Below, in pieces: positions 1 through 9,006 of a stretch of 46,973 nucleotides of DNA. This DNA is from a virus (lineage: Duplodnaviria; Caudoviricetes), in IMG/VR virus record IMGVR_UViG_3300036846_001586, positions 1-46,973 of that record; one strand, 5' to 3'. Position 1 is the stretch's first letter, and each line of letters starts with the position of its first letter. The translations under genes were made by a program, and so were the position numbers. Below the pieces are notes generated by a model. The model was not told the origin of the DNA and did no database searches. It saw nothing but the letters and a program-made list of their open reading frames with translations.

Positions 1-339
1 ATGAAAAAAATCATTATCTCGTTATTACTACTGGCAAGTTCAGGGGCCGCGCTGGCTGCGCCACAGGTCATCACCGTCAGCCGTTTTGAGGTTGGCAAAG
101 ATAAGTGGGCGTTTAATCGGGAAGAGGTGATGCTGACCTGCCGTCCGGGTAACGCGCTGTATGTCATCAATCCCAGTACGCTGGTGCAATACCCATTGAA
201 TGATGTTGCCAGACAGCAGGTAGAGAGCGGGAAAACTACGGCGAAGCCAATCGAGATTATCCAGATTGACGACCCGGCGAAACCGGGCGAAAAAATGAGC
301 CTCGCACCGTTTGTGGAGCGTGCAGAAAAGCTCTGCTAA
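1..339 (+). CDS. yebY: YebY family periplasmic protein (host gene)
   Basis: Signal peptide plus '[28 protein letters not shown]' matches YebY as recalled; lies next to sdsR as in E. coli and Salmonella. Confidence 0.9.
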   Translation: MKKIIISLLLLASSGAALAAPQVITVSRFEVGKDKWAFNREEVMLTCRPGNALYVINPSTLVQYPLNDVARQQVESGKTTAKPIEIIQIDDPAKPGEKMSLAPFVERAEKLC

Positions 340-367
340 TTGTCAGATGTAGCGTTCTGATTTCCAA

Positions 368-408
368 TAAAAAACCGCAAGGCTCTCTCAGGAGAACTTG
401 CGGTTTTT
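368..408. terminator. Bidirectional intrinsic terminator (yebY / RyeA 3' end)
   Basis: AAAAAACCGCAAG...CTTGCGGTTTTT stem flanked by A and T runs. Confidence 0.75.
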
Positions 409-494
409 ACGTTTGGATGTGTGACAATCGTCCTTTTTTTCAGGCCTCTTTAGTCGCGGACTGGAAAACCTGGCGCTGTCATCTATTCTTAAAT

Positions 495-598
495 GGCAGG
501 GTAACTTAGCCTGCATTAATGCCAACTTTTAGCGCACGGCTCTCTCCCAAGAGCCATTTCCCTGGACCGAATACAGGAATCGTATTCGGTCTCTTTTT
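495..598 (+). ncRNA. sdsR: SdsR (RyeB) sRNA, overlapped on the minus strand by RyeA/SraC
   Basis: GCCTGCATTAATGCCAACTTTTAGCGCACGGCTCTCTCCCAAGAGCCATTTCCCTGGACCGAATACAGGAATCGTATTCGGTCTCTTTTT matches recalled SdsR; sigmaS-type -10 CTATTCT at 483-489; 5' end approximate. Confidence 0.9.
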
Positions 599-661
599 AT
601 ATTCTTGTTTTCGTTAGGTTTTTCCGGTGCTTTCACGAAATCCCACGAAAATTACTCGAAA
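575..661. repeat. Candidate att core (AGGAATCGTATTCGGTCTCTTTTT) with integrase arm-type repeats CACGAAA/CACGAAA/CTCGAAA
   Basis: Core is the sdsR terminator; repeats at 634-640, 644-650 and 655-661 lie just downstream of the int stop. Confidence 0.6.
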
Positions 662-675
662 TTTCCATATCCTGT

Positions 676-1761
676 CTAAACCATAACATATTCTGCACCA
701 CGTGCGTCTAGGTATTTTTTGGTCATTGTTAAATTTTTATGCCCCAGCAGCCTCTGTGCGAAATCCTCTCCGCGCTCCCTTTCATAGAGTCTACTCGCCA
801 AACTCCTGATTTCATGGAACGGAGGAGGGTTGGGGCCAAACTTTAACTCTGTAGAATCCCTGATATCGGAAAACGCTTGAGTGATTCCGTCCGGAGTTAA
901 CGGACCAGGCTTCCTACCGCCACGCCTTACCGAAGAATAAATCATGAAGTCTGACGGGTTGTTTTTACGACAACGGTCGATAACATCCTGCAGTACCAAA
1001 TCAGCAGAGTCCAGTCGCAAATCAAGTGGCAACGCCAATTTGTGACCTGTCTTTTCCTGCGTGACAAACAACCTTCCATCCCTGATATCGCTGAATCTGA
1101 ACAACGATACGTCCTCTCTTCTTTGCCCGGTGACCAGTGCCAGGTCACATGCATTTGCAGCCCATTCGGAATGGGCGGTTGCGGCATCCCTTATTATCTC
1201 AAACTGTTCAAGCAAAAGACGCTCACGCTTCACTTTGGGCGTCGGCGTTCTTGTCGGCTCTGCCGGATTTCTTTCAATATGCCCCTCGACAATCGCTTCC
1301 CTGAAAATATCCAACAACACCGAACGCAGCCCGGATGCCATGCTTTTCTTATCGCAGAGTATGTAACTTTCCAGAAAAGTAGATACGTCCTTCGTGCTGA
1401 CCGCCGATAACGGCATACGTCCGAATTCATCACTGATAGTGGCGATCTGATTGCGCCTGACCTTCATCGTGTTGGGCTTCAATTCTCTTCGCTCAAGAAT
1501 TACTTCGTAGCGCTCGAGCCACGCTTTCACCGTAAATGTGGGTGTTTCCTTTATGCGGTCCAGCAGCGCTGATGGAAGGTAATTCTGTTCGATGTAGTTA
1601 TTGGCTTCGATGGCTTGAGAAATGGCGTCCTTTCTGTCGATCCGGCCAAGAGATAACTCTTGACCGGTAATCGGGTTTCGCCAGCTATAAAGCCTGTCTC
1701 TTTTACGATAGGTCAGGTTACGGGGCAGGTTAGCGTCGTAACGAACTGGCCTTTTCGCCAT
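676..1761 (-). CDS. int: Lambda-type tyrosine integrase with N-terminal arm-binding domain
   Basis: TGQRRED, QEKTG, FHEIRS, LLGH and KYL catalytic motifs. Confidence 0.95.
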   Translation of the reverse strand: MAKRPVRYDANLPRNLTYRKRDRLYSWRNPITGQELSLGRIDRKDAISQAIEANNYIEQNYLPSALLDRIKETPTFTVKAWLERYEVILERRELKPNTMKVRRNQIATISDEFGRMPLSAVSTKDVSTFLESYILCDKKSMASGLRSVLLDIFREAIVEGHIERNPAEPTRTPTPKVKRERLLLEQFEIIRDAATAHSEWAANACDLALVTGQRREDVSLFRFSDIRDGRLFVTQEKTGHKLALPLDLRLDSADLVLQDVIDRCRKNNPSDFMIYSSVRRGGRKPGPLTPDGITQAFSDIRDSTELKFGPNPPPFHEIRSLASRLYERERGEDFAQRLLGHKNLTMTKKYLDARGAEYVMV

Positions 1762-2002
1762 GAGTCAGTCTCTCCAGTAGAGTGCCGCCAGTTGGCAGCG
1801 CTAGGTGTTTTGCTTTGTGACGAAGGTTCTTTTTGCTCGGATCCACATAGATGGCGTCAGGCTGAACCTTATATTCTTTGCCGTGAAGCTCCGGGGCAGG
1901 GAAAATGCGCCCCTCCCGCGCCCAGCGGCGAAGTGTTGAAAGAGACGGAGGGGTTGAATAAGTTGAATTCGCCCATTCCAGCAGATTAAGAAGCTTGGCC
2001 AT
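1730..2002 (-). CDS. xis: Excisionase
   Basis: 'SLSTLRRWAREGRIFPAPELHGKEYKV' resembles lambda Xis; overlaps the int start; ATG at 2002 has a GGAGG SD. Confidence 0.85.
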   Translation of the reverse strand: MAKLLNLLEWANSTYSTPPSLSTLRRWAREGRIFPAPELHGKEYKVQPDAIYVDPSKKNLRHKAKHLALPTGGTLLERLTHGEKASSLRR

Positions 2003-2066
2003 ACTACCTCCGGCTTCCGGCAACTTATTATAGAGCTGCCGGAAAACTGTTAATGAAATATCGTTA

Positions 2067-2309
2067 TCAACTCACCTGACCTGGCAGAGCGCGCAACCGG
2101 CGCATACCTGTCATTGCCGTGGCCACGTAGCTCGCCTTACGGTTAACTACCTCAACCCAGACCTTTACGCCTTCAACTCTCACCGTGTACGTCTCTTTCA
2201 TCTTGCTGCGGCCATAGTCGCCGTAACGTTCTGCATGAGTGGCCAGTGCTATGTCGCATGCCTGACGCGCTAACGGGGATTGCTGATTGGCTCGGTTAAT
2301 CAGTCGCAT
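2067..2309 (-). CDS. Small conserved phage protein (DUF4060-like)
   Basis: 80 aa; sequence and position upstream of xis are typical. Confidence 0.65.
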   Translation of the reverse strand: MRLINRANQQSPLARQACDIALATHAERYGDYGRSKMKETYTVRVEGVKVWVEVVNRKASYVATAMTGMRRLRALPGQVS

Positions 2310-2348
2310 TACATCTCCTCAGTGGGAGGGCGAAGCCTCCCGCCTCCC

Positions 2349-3440
2349 TTAGGCCACGTATTCCGGTTTCATATCCGCCAGGATGATGCTGAACTGATCG
2401 TGCAGCTCGTCGCCCAGATGACGTTTCGCCGTTGCAAGAACTCGCTCAACTTCCCCAAACCGTTCAGCTGCATCCGGTTCGTCCGGAGACGGTAGGGAGT
2501 TGATCGCGGCTTCAACCTTGTTACGTGAATCAACCAAGTAATAGCGTTTCACTGCCTTATTCTTCAGCTCGGTGAACAGGGCAGATCCGAGCGTGGCCTT
2601 CGCGCTTTCGATATCAGCGCGCAGTGCTTTTGCGCTATCAATATCCTGAGCGGCATCGATGCGTTCGCGGAAATCATCAGCCAGTGAGTCGATATTTACC
2701 GATGATTCCTGTGCGCTTTGCGTGGTTGTGACGGTGTCACATGCGATTTCAGCAACGCTCGTTCGTTGGGCTGAGCCAGGGTTAATAACTTTTTCTTCTC
2801 GTTCTTCGACTTCATCGGCGCTGTAAACACCGAGAATCACATCAGGGCAGTACAAGCGAGCCCAGCGCTTTACCGCGAGATAAGCAAGCTGCTGACGCGG
2901 ATCACTTGCCCATAGTGTCGAGTTACGAACCTGAGCCTGAGAGAGCATGAGTACCAGTTCGCGTGGTTCATCCTCGCCTTTCATAGTTGCCCACACCCGA
3001 ATTCCTACACCGGCCTCATCTTTTAAATCCCAACCAGGCGCGATGTACTTATTGCCTTTAGAACTGGTTCTCTCTACAAATCGACCAATGATGTTTTCCC
3101 ATGGGCCAAACCAATCGTAATGAAGGCGATCTTTTGTAGGCGACATGTTGGTAACAACCGCATTAACCAGTTGAGCTTCGTAACCCAATACTCCGCTATT
3201 ACCGACGATGTGGGTCTTCTGAGCTACGGCAAACGGGTCCATACCCCATCGTGCGGCCTGCATGACCACAGCCATGCAGGCATCTGGTTTTCCGCGGAAG
3301 TGGTCAGGTACAAAAGCGCCACTATTTGCCATCACTGTCGACAAGGTGCGTAGGCGGTCGAAAAGTTCCCCATTAGTCAAAATTGAGATGTTATCGATCA
3401 TTTGCGTCTTGTTTTCGTTGGTAGTAATTGCAGTAGACAT
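2349..3440 (-). CDS. recT: RecT family single-strand annealing protein
   Basis: 'VPDHFRGKPDACMAVVMQAARWGMDPFAVAQK' and 'AVKRWARLYCPDVILGVY'; downstream of recE. Confidence 0.85.
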   Translation of the reverse strand: MSTAITTNENKTQMIDNISILTNGELFDRLRTLSTVMANSGAFVPDHFRGKPDACMAVVMQAARWGMDPFAVAQKTHIVGNSGVLGYEAQLVNAVVTNMSPTKDRLHYDWFGPWENIIGRFVERTSSKGNKYIAPGWDLKDEAGVGIRVWATMKGEDEPRELVLMLSQAQVRNSTLWASDPRQQLAYLAVKRWARLYCPDVILGVYSADEVEEREEKVINPGSAQRTSVAEIACDTVTTTQSAQESSVNIDSLADDFRERIDAAQDIDSAKALRADIESAKATLGSALFTELKNKAVKRYYLVDSRNKVEAAINSLPSPDEPDAAERFGEVERVLATAKRHLGDELHDQFSIILADMKPEYVA

Positions 3441-3452
3441 GTTCTTTTCCCC

Positions 3453-6380
3453 TTATGCCTGAGTACGCAGCGCTTCAAGGCGGCGCAGGTCGAAGTCATT
3501 CAGTTCGTCGGTGTAATCAGCGGTGATCGGCGCTGGCCATTCGCCAGTGTCGAAGCCGGTAGCGATAGCGCGCATCGCCTTGCGGTACTCGAGCATGCCC
3601 AGTTCCAGCAGTTCGGCTGATGCCTCGATGATGGCGATCCAGTGGTAGTTCTCGTCTTTGTTGACGAAAATCCAGAAGAACTGGTCCAGCGCAGCTGTCT
3701 CGCAATACATTGCCGCGCTCAGGTGGTAGTCACGGTCGATGATTTCGCGGTGCAGTTTGGCGCGAAGACCTTCCTGCTTAACGTTCCACATGCTGATGGT
3801 TTTCAGGTCGGCACCGATGCGCACGCCGTCCAGGTCGATTTCCAGATCCGGGCGCACACGAACTTCGAGTCCGGTTTCGTCGTCAAATCCAAAGTAGCTC
3901 ACCTCAACGGCGCGGCTCGGATGTGTCAGCAATTTGCCCGCGGTCGGGTGCTCGAGCAGGGCTTTCTGAATGCTCAGTGCAGTGCTCAGTTGCTGGCGGG
4001 TGACCAGCACTTTCCCATGCGGATTCTCGCGCCACGCATCCAACAGCTCGTCGGCGAAGACGGCGTTCGGGTTAACAGACTTTACGGCCTGAATCAGATC
4101 TGCTTTGGTACCGGACACTTTAAGCGGCGCCTGCTTCTGCACTTCCTGTGCAACAAGGTCAGGATTGATGATTGCCAACTGCTCGAGTAATGCATCGCGG
4201 CTACCGCTGGTTTTCACCTGTGCAGGCAGAGTGGCGTTGTATTCCTTGATGCAGGCTTTCATCGCCGCAGCGGTCTGTTTCTGATCCGCTTCGATACGCT
4301 GGTACTCTTCGGGCAGCGACATATAGCTCTGGCCGGTTTCCTCGGCTGAACCACCCAGCGGCACCTGTGCAGGCAAAGTGGCGTTGTATTCCTCTAACAA
4401 AGCTTTGATGTCGTCTGCACTCAGTTGCGCTGGCAGGCTGGCGTTGTACTCATCAATAAACGCGCGGATCGTTGCCGTGGTGGTAAATGCGCCTTCCGGA
4501 ATTATGGGTTCAACGCTAAATTCTTCATCGAGCTGCTCTGGCTGCAACGCCAGTGCATGCACCAGGTTACCCATATCCAGTACAGAAGAGCGTTCTTTGA
4601 TAATGGTTTTATCTACGTGGCGCGCATTGAAGTACATCAGCGAAACACGTGCGTCTTTCACCTGGGTAGAGCTGATACCGTTGGCCGCGTGATAAACCTC
4701 GTTCGGCAGACCTTCATAGCGGCCTGGCTCGAAGTAAGCAGGGTAAACAACAGCTGGTTCGTCAGATTGCGCTTCTGGCTCGGTTTGCGCCAAAACTGGT
4801 TCAGTCTGGTTTACAGAATCGCTATTTTGGGCGACAGAATCCGTATTCTGGTTTACATCGGCCTGCTGGCTGGTATGTGACTCTTCACCAGTTTCCAGAC
4901 TGCTTTCGCCTGACTGCACTTCATCACCAGCCTGTTTTTCATCACTGACAGTTTCTTGAACCTGCACATCGCTGGTGGTCTCCGTAGCCTTTTTCGTGCC
5001 ATGAGTTGCTGAGTTTTGAAGCAAAGCCGTAACGTCGAATATTCCGTTGCCGACATTTTTAACCAGTTCTGTTTCTGTAGAGTGCTGGCTTGTCTCAGTT
5101 TTTACCCATTTCGGATCGTCAGGGTCGCTGATACCTTCGACGAACTCTCCACGCTGAGCAGCAAGTTGCTTACCAATTTCTTCCTTAGATTGGGTTTCGG
5201 AGTGGCGAGCCGCGCGTGGATCTTCCTCCCATTCGCTATAGCCGTTCGACTTCTTACCGTTGGAATAGATGCCGTTCTCTGCCAGCCACTTACGCGCCTG
5301 ATCTCGAAGTATTACAGGACCGATATTCAGGCAGTCAGTCCAGTCAATAGCGCGAGTGACGCCGAAAATGGAGAGGGCATCGTATTCAAGGATGTCGTTA
5401 ATATGAGAAATGACTTTGATGACTTTTGCCTGCACATCATCCCGAGAATCGATGAGATTTTTCGCCGCTTTTAACTGTTCGATCGTGACTGAACCAGGTT
5501 CCGCGTCGGGATACATACGGGCAATACAGGATTCAACATTCAGGTTATAAACTGTTTGAGCAACGGCGCGTTTGTAGCGTTCTGCCGGAACTGGAGGCAA
5601 CTCTTCTTTTTTCTCTTTTGTTTCCGGTGACACTACTTTGCTGATGCGGTTTCCGGTTGACCATTCTTTTACAAGCAGGCCACGATCAATATGAGGGGTG
5701 TCGAACCATTTTCTAAAAAAGCGGATGACCAGCCCCAGTTCCGGCGTTTTACCATTATTAGGAAATGCCTTTTTGAGGTCATTCACCACTCTGTGTATAT
5801 CGATTTCCTGTGCTTTCTTAAATGGTTCTACGTTTTCAGCAGCCAGCAGCAGGTTCTGGACGTACGCGTCATCGGTGTCCATCTCAAGGCGGACAATCTC
5901 GTTTTTCTGCACGGCATCTACGTGATAGAGATATTCACCATCACCGATGAACTGAGCCAGTACGCGCTGGCGGAATGGCAGGGTGGCAACGACGATTAGG
6001 TTCGGTTGCTCTGTCTGCTGAGATTGCTCTTCAGTACCGACTTCACCATCAACGACATTGTTATCTGTCTGGTGGTTTTCTTCCTGTGCCGCATCATCAG
6101 CTTTCAATTTCACATTCCAGGTGCGCTGGTCTTCGGCCAGTTCGTAACGATCACACCAGGTGAAATCAACTTCACCTTCTTTTGGCAGACCGTCAACAAC
6201 CGGGAAATCAGTGCGAATTGGTTTGGTGTAGTCCTTACCACGGCCCGTTTCGATGCCAGCGTCTTCCAGAGCAACATCCAGCATCAGGTTGGCGCGAGCC
6301 TCAGTTTTTGCAGTGAACCAGACCACTGCATCTTGCTTTCCGGATTTCTGAGTGGCTTTAACCACATAAAAGAATTCCAT
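3453..6380 (-). CDS. recE: RecE-like exodeoxyribonuclease VIII
   Basis: C-terminal PD-(D/E)XK nuclease ('VRVRPD...ADLKT...YHLSAAMY'), 'YHAANGISST' motif, long acidic N-terminal region. Confidence 0.85.
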   Translation of the reverse strand: MEFFYVVKATQKSGKQDAVVWFTAKTEARANLMLDVALEDAGIETGRGKDYTKPIRTDFPVVDGLPKEGEVDFTWCDRYELAEDQRTWNVKLKADDAAQEENHQTDNNVVDGEVGTEEQSQQTEQPNLIVVATLPFRQRVLAQFIGDGEYLYHVDAVQKNEIVRLEMDTDDAYVQNLLLAAENVEPFKKAQEIDIHRVVNDLKKAFPNNGKTPELGLVIRFFRKWFDTPHIDRGLLVKEWSTGNRISKVVSPETKEKKEELPPVPAERYKRAVAQTVYNLNVESCIARMYPDAEPGSVTIEQLKAAKNLIDSRDDVQAKVIKVISHINDILEYDALSIFGVTRAIDWTDCLNIGPVILRDQARKWLAENGIYSNGKKSNGYSEWEEDPRAARHSETQSKEEIGKQLAAQRGEFVEGISDPDDPKWVKTETSQHSTETELVKNVGNGIFDVTALLQNSATHGTKKATETTSDVQVQETVSDEKQAGDEVQSGESSLETGEESHTSQQADVNQNTDSVAQNSDSVNQTEPVLAQTEPEAQSDEPAVVYPAYFEPGRYEGLPNEVYHAANGISSTQVKDARVSLMYFNARHVDKTIIKERSSVLDMGNLVHALALQPEQLDEEFSVEPIIPEGAFTTTATIRAFIDEYNASLPAQLSADDIKALLEEYNATLPAQVPLGGSAEETGQSYMSLPEEYQRIEADQKQTAAAMKACIKEYNATLPAQVKTSGSRDALLEQLAIINPDLVAQEVQKQAPLKVSGTKADLIQAVKSVNPNAVFADELLDAWRENPHGKVLVTRQQLSTALSIQKALLEHPTAGKLLTHPSRAVEVSYFGFDDETGLEVRVRPDLEIDLDGVRIGADLKTISMWNVKQEGLRAKLHREIIDRDYHLSAAMYCETAALDQFFWIFVNKDENYHWIAIIEASAELLELGMLEYRKAMRAIATGFDTGEWPAPITADYTDELNDFDLRRLEALRTQA

Positions 6381-6521
6381 GTGAGATCCTCTTTTTTGGG
6401 TGTTAGAATCCCCGGACCATTGATAGCGCCCATTGGGTGTGTTTTTGGTTTTGTATAAATTCCGGTGTAACTTTGGTCGGAAGCACCGGACGTACAGGAC
6501 CGCCTTGCGCGGGTTTTTACG

Positions 6522-6683
6522 TTAGGACTCGTGGGCCATCTGATCGTGCGAAGCGCAACGTTTGGAACAATACTCTTTCTCTTTGCGCGCCAGCTGTGAG
6601 CCGTTGCGATAGAGAAGTGTGCTTTTGATTACTTCTTCCGGTTTAACCGGCTTGCCGCAGTAACCGCATTTCTTGTCTACCAT
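6522..6683 (-). CDS. YdaE-like zinc-binding protein (not in ORF track)
   Basis: Manual translation MVDKKCGYCGKPVKPEEVIKSTLLYRNGSQLARKEKEYCSKRCASHDQMAHES; CxxC...CxxxC; GGAGG SD; between kilR and recE as in Rac. Confidence 0.75.
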   Translation of the reverse strand: MVDKKCGYCGKPVKPEEVIKSTLLYRNGSQLARKEKEYCSKRCASHDQMAHES

Positions 6684-6694
6684 GACTACCTCCG

Positions 6695-6901
6695 CTAGTG
6701 ACTGAGTCCATGTCCCAGACCGTTCAGATAAACTTCAACCAGCAGATCTCTGGTGTAAGTCATTTCTACGCCGCGATGCAGATACAAACGTCCGCGAGCG
6801 TTAGCTGATGCGGTCCAGGTTGAGTCTTTGTGTTTGACGAGCATCCCCGGCTGAACTGCGCCGCGGTTTACTGTCTGTGTACCGTAGTGCTGATGAACCA
6901 T
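6695..6901 (-). CDS. kilR: KilR-like cell division inhibitor
   Basis: 'HYGTQTVNRGAVQPGMLVKH...TASAN' aligns by eye with Rac KilR; first gene after pL. Confidence 0.7.
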   Translation of the reverse strand: MVHQHYGTQTVNRGAVQPGMLVKHKDSTWTASANARGRLYLHRGVEMTYTRDLLVEVYLNGLGHGLSH

Positions 6902-7067
6902 GATGATTTCCTCTTGTTTGCCTTATAGCCGGCCAGCTGAGCGTTAAACCTTATGCGCATTGCTTAAAGTTGGACGAACAGTCCGTGGACGGCGTTCGTC
7001 TCACCGAATCCCCACTTCGTAGCTGGCTAACTTCGCTCAGTTGTCGATGTTTCGTTTCGATGGAGTG

Positions 7068-7130
7068 ATAATAGCTAAAGCGATTGCTTGGATCAATCGC
7101 CAAAACGATATTAGGCATCACTAAAGTGAT
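7068..7130 (-). promoter_or_regulatory. pL promoter and three OL operators
   Basis: Minus strand TTGATC-17-TATTAT; 14-bp palindromes ATAGCTAAAGCGAT (7071), ATCGCCAAAACGAT (7096), ATCACTAAAGTGAT (7117). Confidence 0.75.
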
Positions 7131-7234
7131 AATTGACTGAATGTTAAAGCGATATTTTTTTAATGAAATACGGAAAAAGCGATAGGAGTTGGGTGTGAAA
7201 CAATCGGAATTGAGGAAGGTAGGTTTGCGGGTAA

Positions 7235-7258
7235 TAAAAAACCCGCCGGAGCGGGTTG
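7235..7258 (-). terminator. Intrinsic terminator after the 179-aa gene
   Basis: Minus strand AACCCGC-TCCG-GCGGGTTTTTT. Confidence 0.7.
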
Positions 7259-7261
7259 TTG

Positions 7262-7801
7262 TTATCCTTGTTTAGGTGTCGAGTAACCTTCTAGGTTGAA
7301 TTTGAATTGCTTTGGCCCTGCCTGGTAGAAATCTGCCTCAATAATGAGTTTCTTGTGATTGGAGATGCTTTTAATAAAACTGTTGGAATTATCAAAGAAA
7401 ATGACATCTGAACGACCGTTCTCGGCAGGACTCATTTTATATTTCTGAATTTTTTCATTGTCGAACTTAACTGAAACTTCGCAACCATCGTAAGAGTTAC
7501 AACTGAACTGCCCTTTGCTTATCAATAACATTGCTTCATTAGGCTTTAGATCTTCAGCTTTTTGGTCACCCTTCAATTCTGTTTTTGGTGATCGAAGAAC
7601 TAAAGTCATCTTCGAACCGCCATTGTAAGGGAAATCAAAATCTACAGCGTTGTCAGATTCTGTTTGCAGAAATTTTGTTGCAGTCCCACGCATCTCATCG
7701 TTGTTGTAAGAGGCTAACCACTCAGTTGAAAAAGTTGTGGTAGATACGAGTAAAGAACCAGCAATTACAACTTTTATCCATTTCATGATAGAGCTATCCA
7801 C
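7262..7801 (-). CDS. Secreted/periplasmic hypothetical protein in the immunity region
   Basis: Signal-peptide-like 'MKWIKVVIAGSLLVSTTTFS'; AT-rich; downstream of cI. Confidence 0.75.
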   Translation of the reverse strand: MDSSIMKWIKVVIAGSLLVSTTTFSTEWLASYNNDEMRGTATKFLQTESDNAVDFDFPYNGGSKMTLVLRSPKTELKGDQKAEDLKPNEAMLLISKGQFSCNSYDGCEVSVKFDNEKIQKYKMSPAENGRSDVIFFDNSNSFIKSISNHKKLIIEADFYQAGPKQFKFNLEGYSTPKQG

Positions 7802-7903
7802 CTTGATTATTGTAGGAAATATCCTAATTCTAAATGGTTAGTACGTAACGATAAATACATATAACTTGATCTAAATCTAAGATACATAAACCAGAGGTAC
7901 GGA

Positions 7904-8602
7904 TTATGCGAACCGTTTGTAGTCGATCGACTGTCTTAAAAGCACTTTTGCCATCACGTAAAAGATGCCTTCATCTTCTGGCTCAACGTACCATTTCTCA
8001 TAAATAGGGTTATCAGAAATAACTGCCAGTCGATCACGTTGCATCTGTAAGCGTTTAACGTGGAGAGTCTTACCAAAGACGAATACATAAACACCGTCTC
8101 CGTCAAAATGTGTAACGCCAATATCAACGAAAATCTGATCGCCTGGTGAAATGGTTCCGTCCATGCTATCGCCGTTAACGGTTATAACTTTAACATGTGT
8201 AGCTGGTCGGTTACCGAACAAAGCGCGCGCCTGTTCAGTCGTGTATTCGATGGCCCGGATAGTTTCAATGAAGTCGCTGGTGACTAGAGCGCCGGGACCA
8301 GCGCTGGCTTTAACGTCGAGTACATCCACGCGGTAAATCCCATTTAGTGACGGTTTAACTTGGTATGGCGCTGTAGATTCATTCGCAACACTTGAAGCCA
8401 TTACCCCCTCACCAGTAGACAGCCACTCCGGCCGTACACCTAGAACAGAGGCGATCTCAACGGTCTTACGAGATCCACTCGCGTCCTTCAGTAGTTTATT
8501 AACGCTGGACTGAGCCATACCGACATCTTTGGCTAATCGGCCCTGTGTATATCCAGCATGTTTCATTGCCTGCGCCAAGCGCTCCGAGAATCCCATATTC
8601 AC
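7904..8602 (-). CDS. cI: CI-like repressor (XRE HTH + S24 peptidase)
   Basis: HTH 'TQGRLAKDVGMAQSSVNKL'; AG cleavage site 'ASAGPG'; catalytic 'GDSM' and 'VKRL'. Confidence 0.92.
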   Translation of the reverse strand: MNMGFSERLAQAMKHAGYTQGRLAKDVGMAQSSVNKLLKDASGSRKTVEIASVLGVRPEWLSTGEGVMASSVANESTAPYQVKPSLNGIYRVDVLDVKASAGPGALVTSDFIETIRAIEYTTEQARALFGNRPATHVKVITVNGDSMDGTISPGDQIFVDIGVTHFDGDGVYVFVFGKTLHVKRLQMQRDRLAVISDNPIYEKWYVEPEDEGIFYVMAKVLLRQSIDYKRFA

Positions 8603-8627
8603 CTCTGTTAATGACTCCTTTAACTCT

Positions 8628-8696
8628 ATCGCTCAAGCGATTATTTGGCAAAAAATCGCCTATGCGATTGACATTCGCTAAAGTGATAAACATAAT
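8628..8696 (+). promoter_or_regulatory. pR promoter and three OR operators
   Basis: TTGACA(8668)-17-CATAAT(8691); ATCGCTCAAGCGAT (8628), ATCGCCTATGCGAT (8655), TTCGCTAAAGTGAT (8674); same consensus as OL. Confidence 0.8.
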
Positions 8697-8723
8697 CGCT
8701 TTAAGCTAATAGCTGAGGTGATT

Positions 8724-8975
8724 ATGAAGGCCCTAACAGTAGAGAAGAACTCCGCAGTAGAGAAAGCGATCGCCATCGCTGGCAGCCAGAAAGAACTGGC
8801 AAAACGTTGTGGTAAAGCCCAGTCCACTATCTGTGACTGGCTTAACGGAAAGAAACGCATCTCCCCGGTTCACGTTCCTGAACTGGTGAAAGCGGTTGGT
8901 GGTGAAATCCAGGCTCACGAATTCCGTCCGGATCTGCCGTCCATCTTTCCACACCCTGACAACCATGCCGTCTGA
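8724..8975 (+). CDS. cro: Cro-like (YdaS family) HTH regulator
   Basis: 'GSQKELAKRCGKAQSTICDW...EFRPDL'; divergent from cI. Confidence 0.85.
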   Translation: MKALTVEKNSAVEKAIAIAGSQKELAKRCGKAQSTICDWLNGKKRISPVHVPELVKAVGGEIQAHEFRPDLPSIFPHPDNHAV

Positions 8976-9006
8976 CCGGCGGCTATAACCACGAAAGGGA
9001 AAGCAA

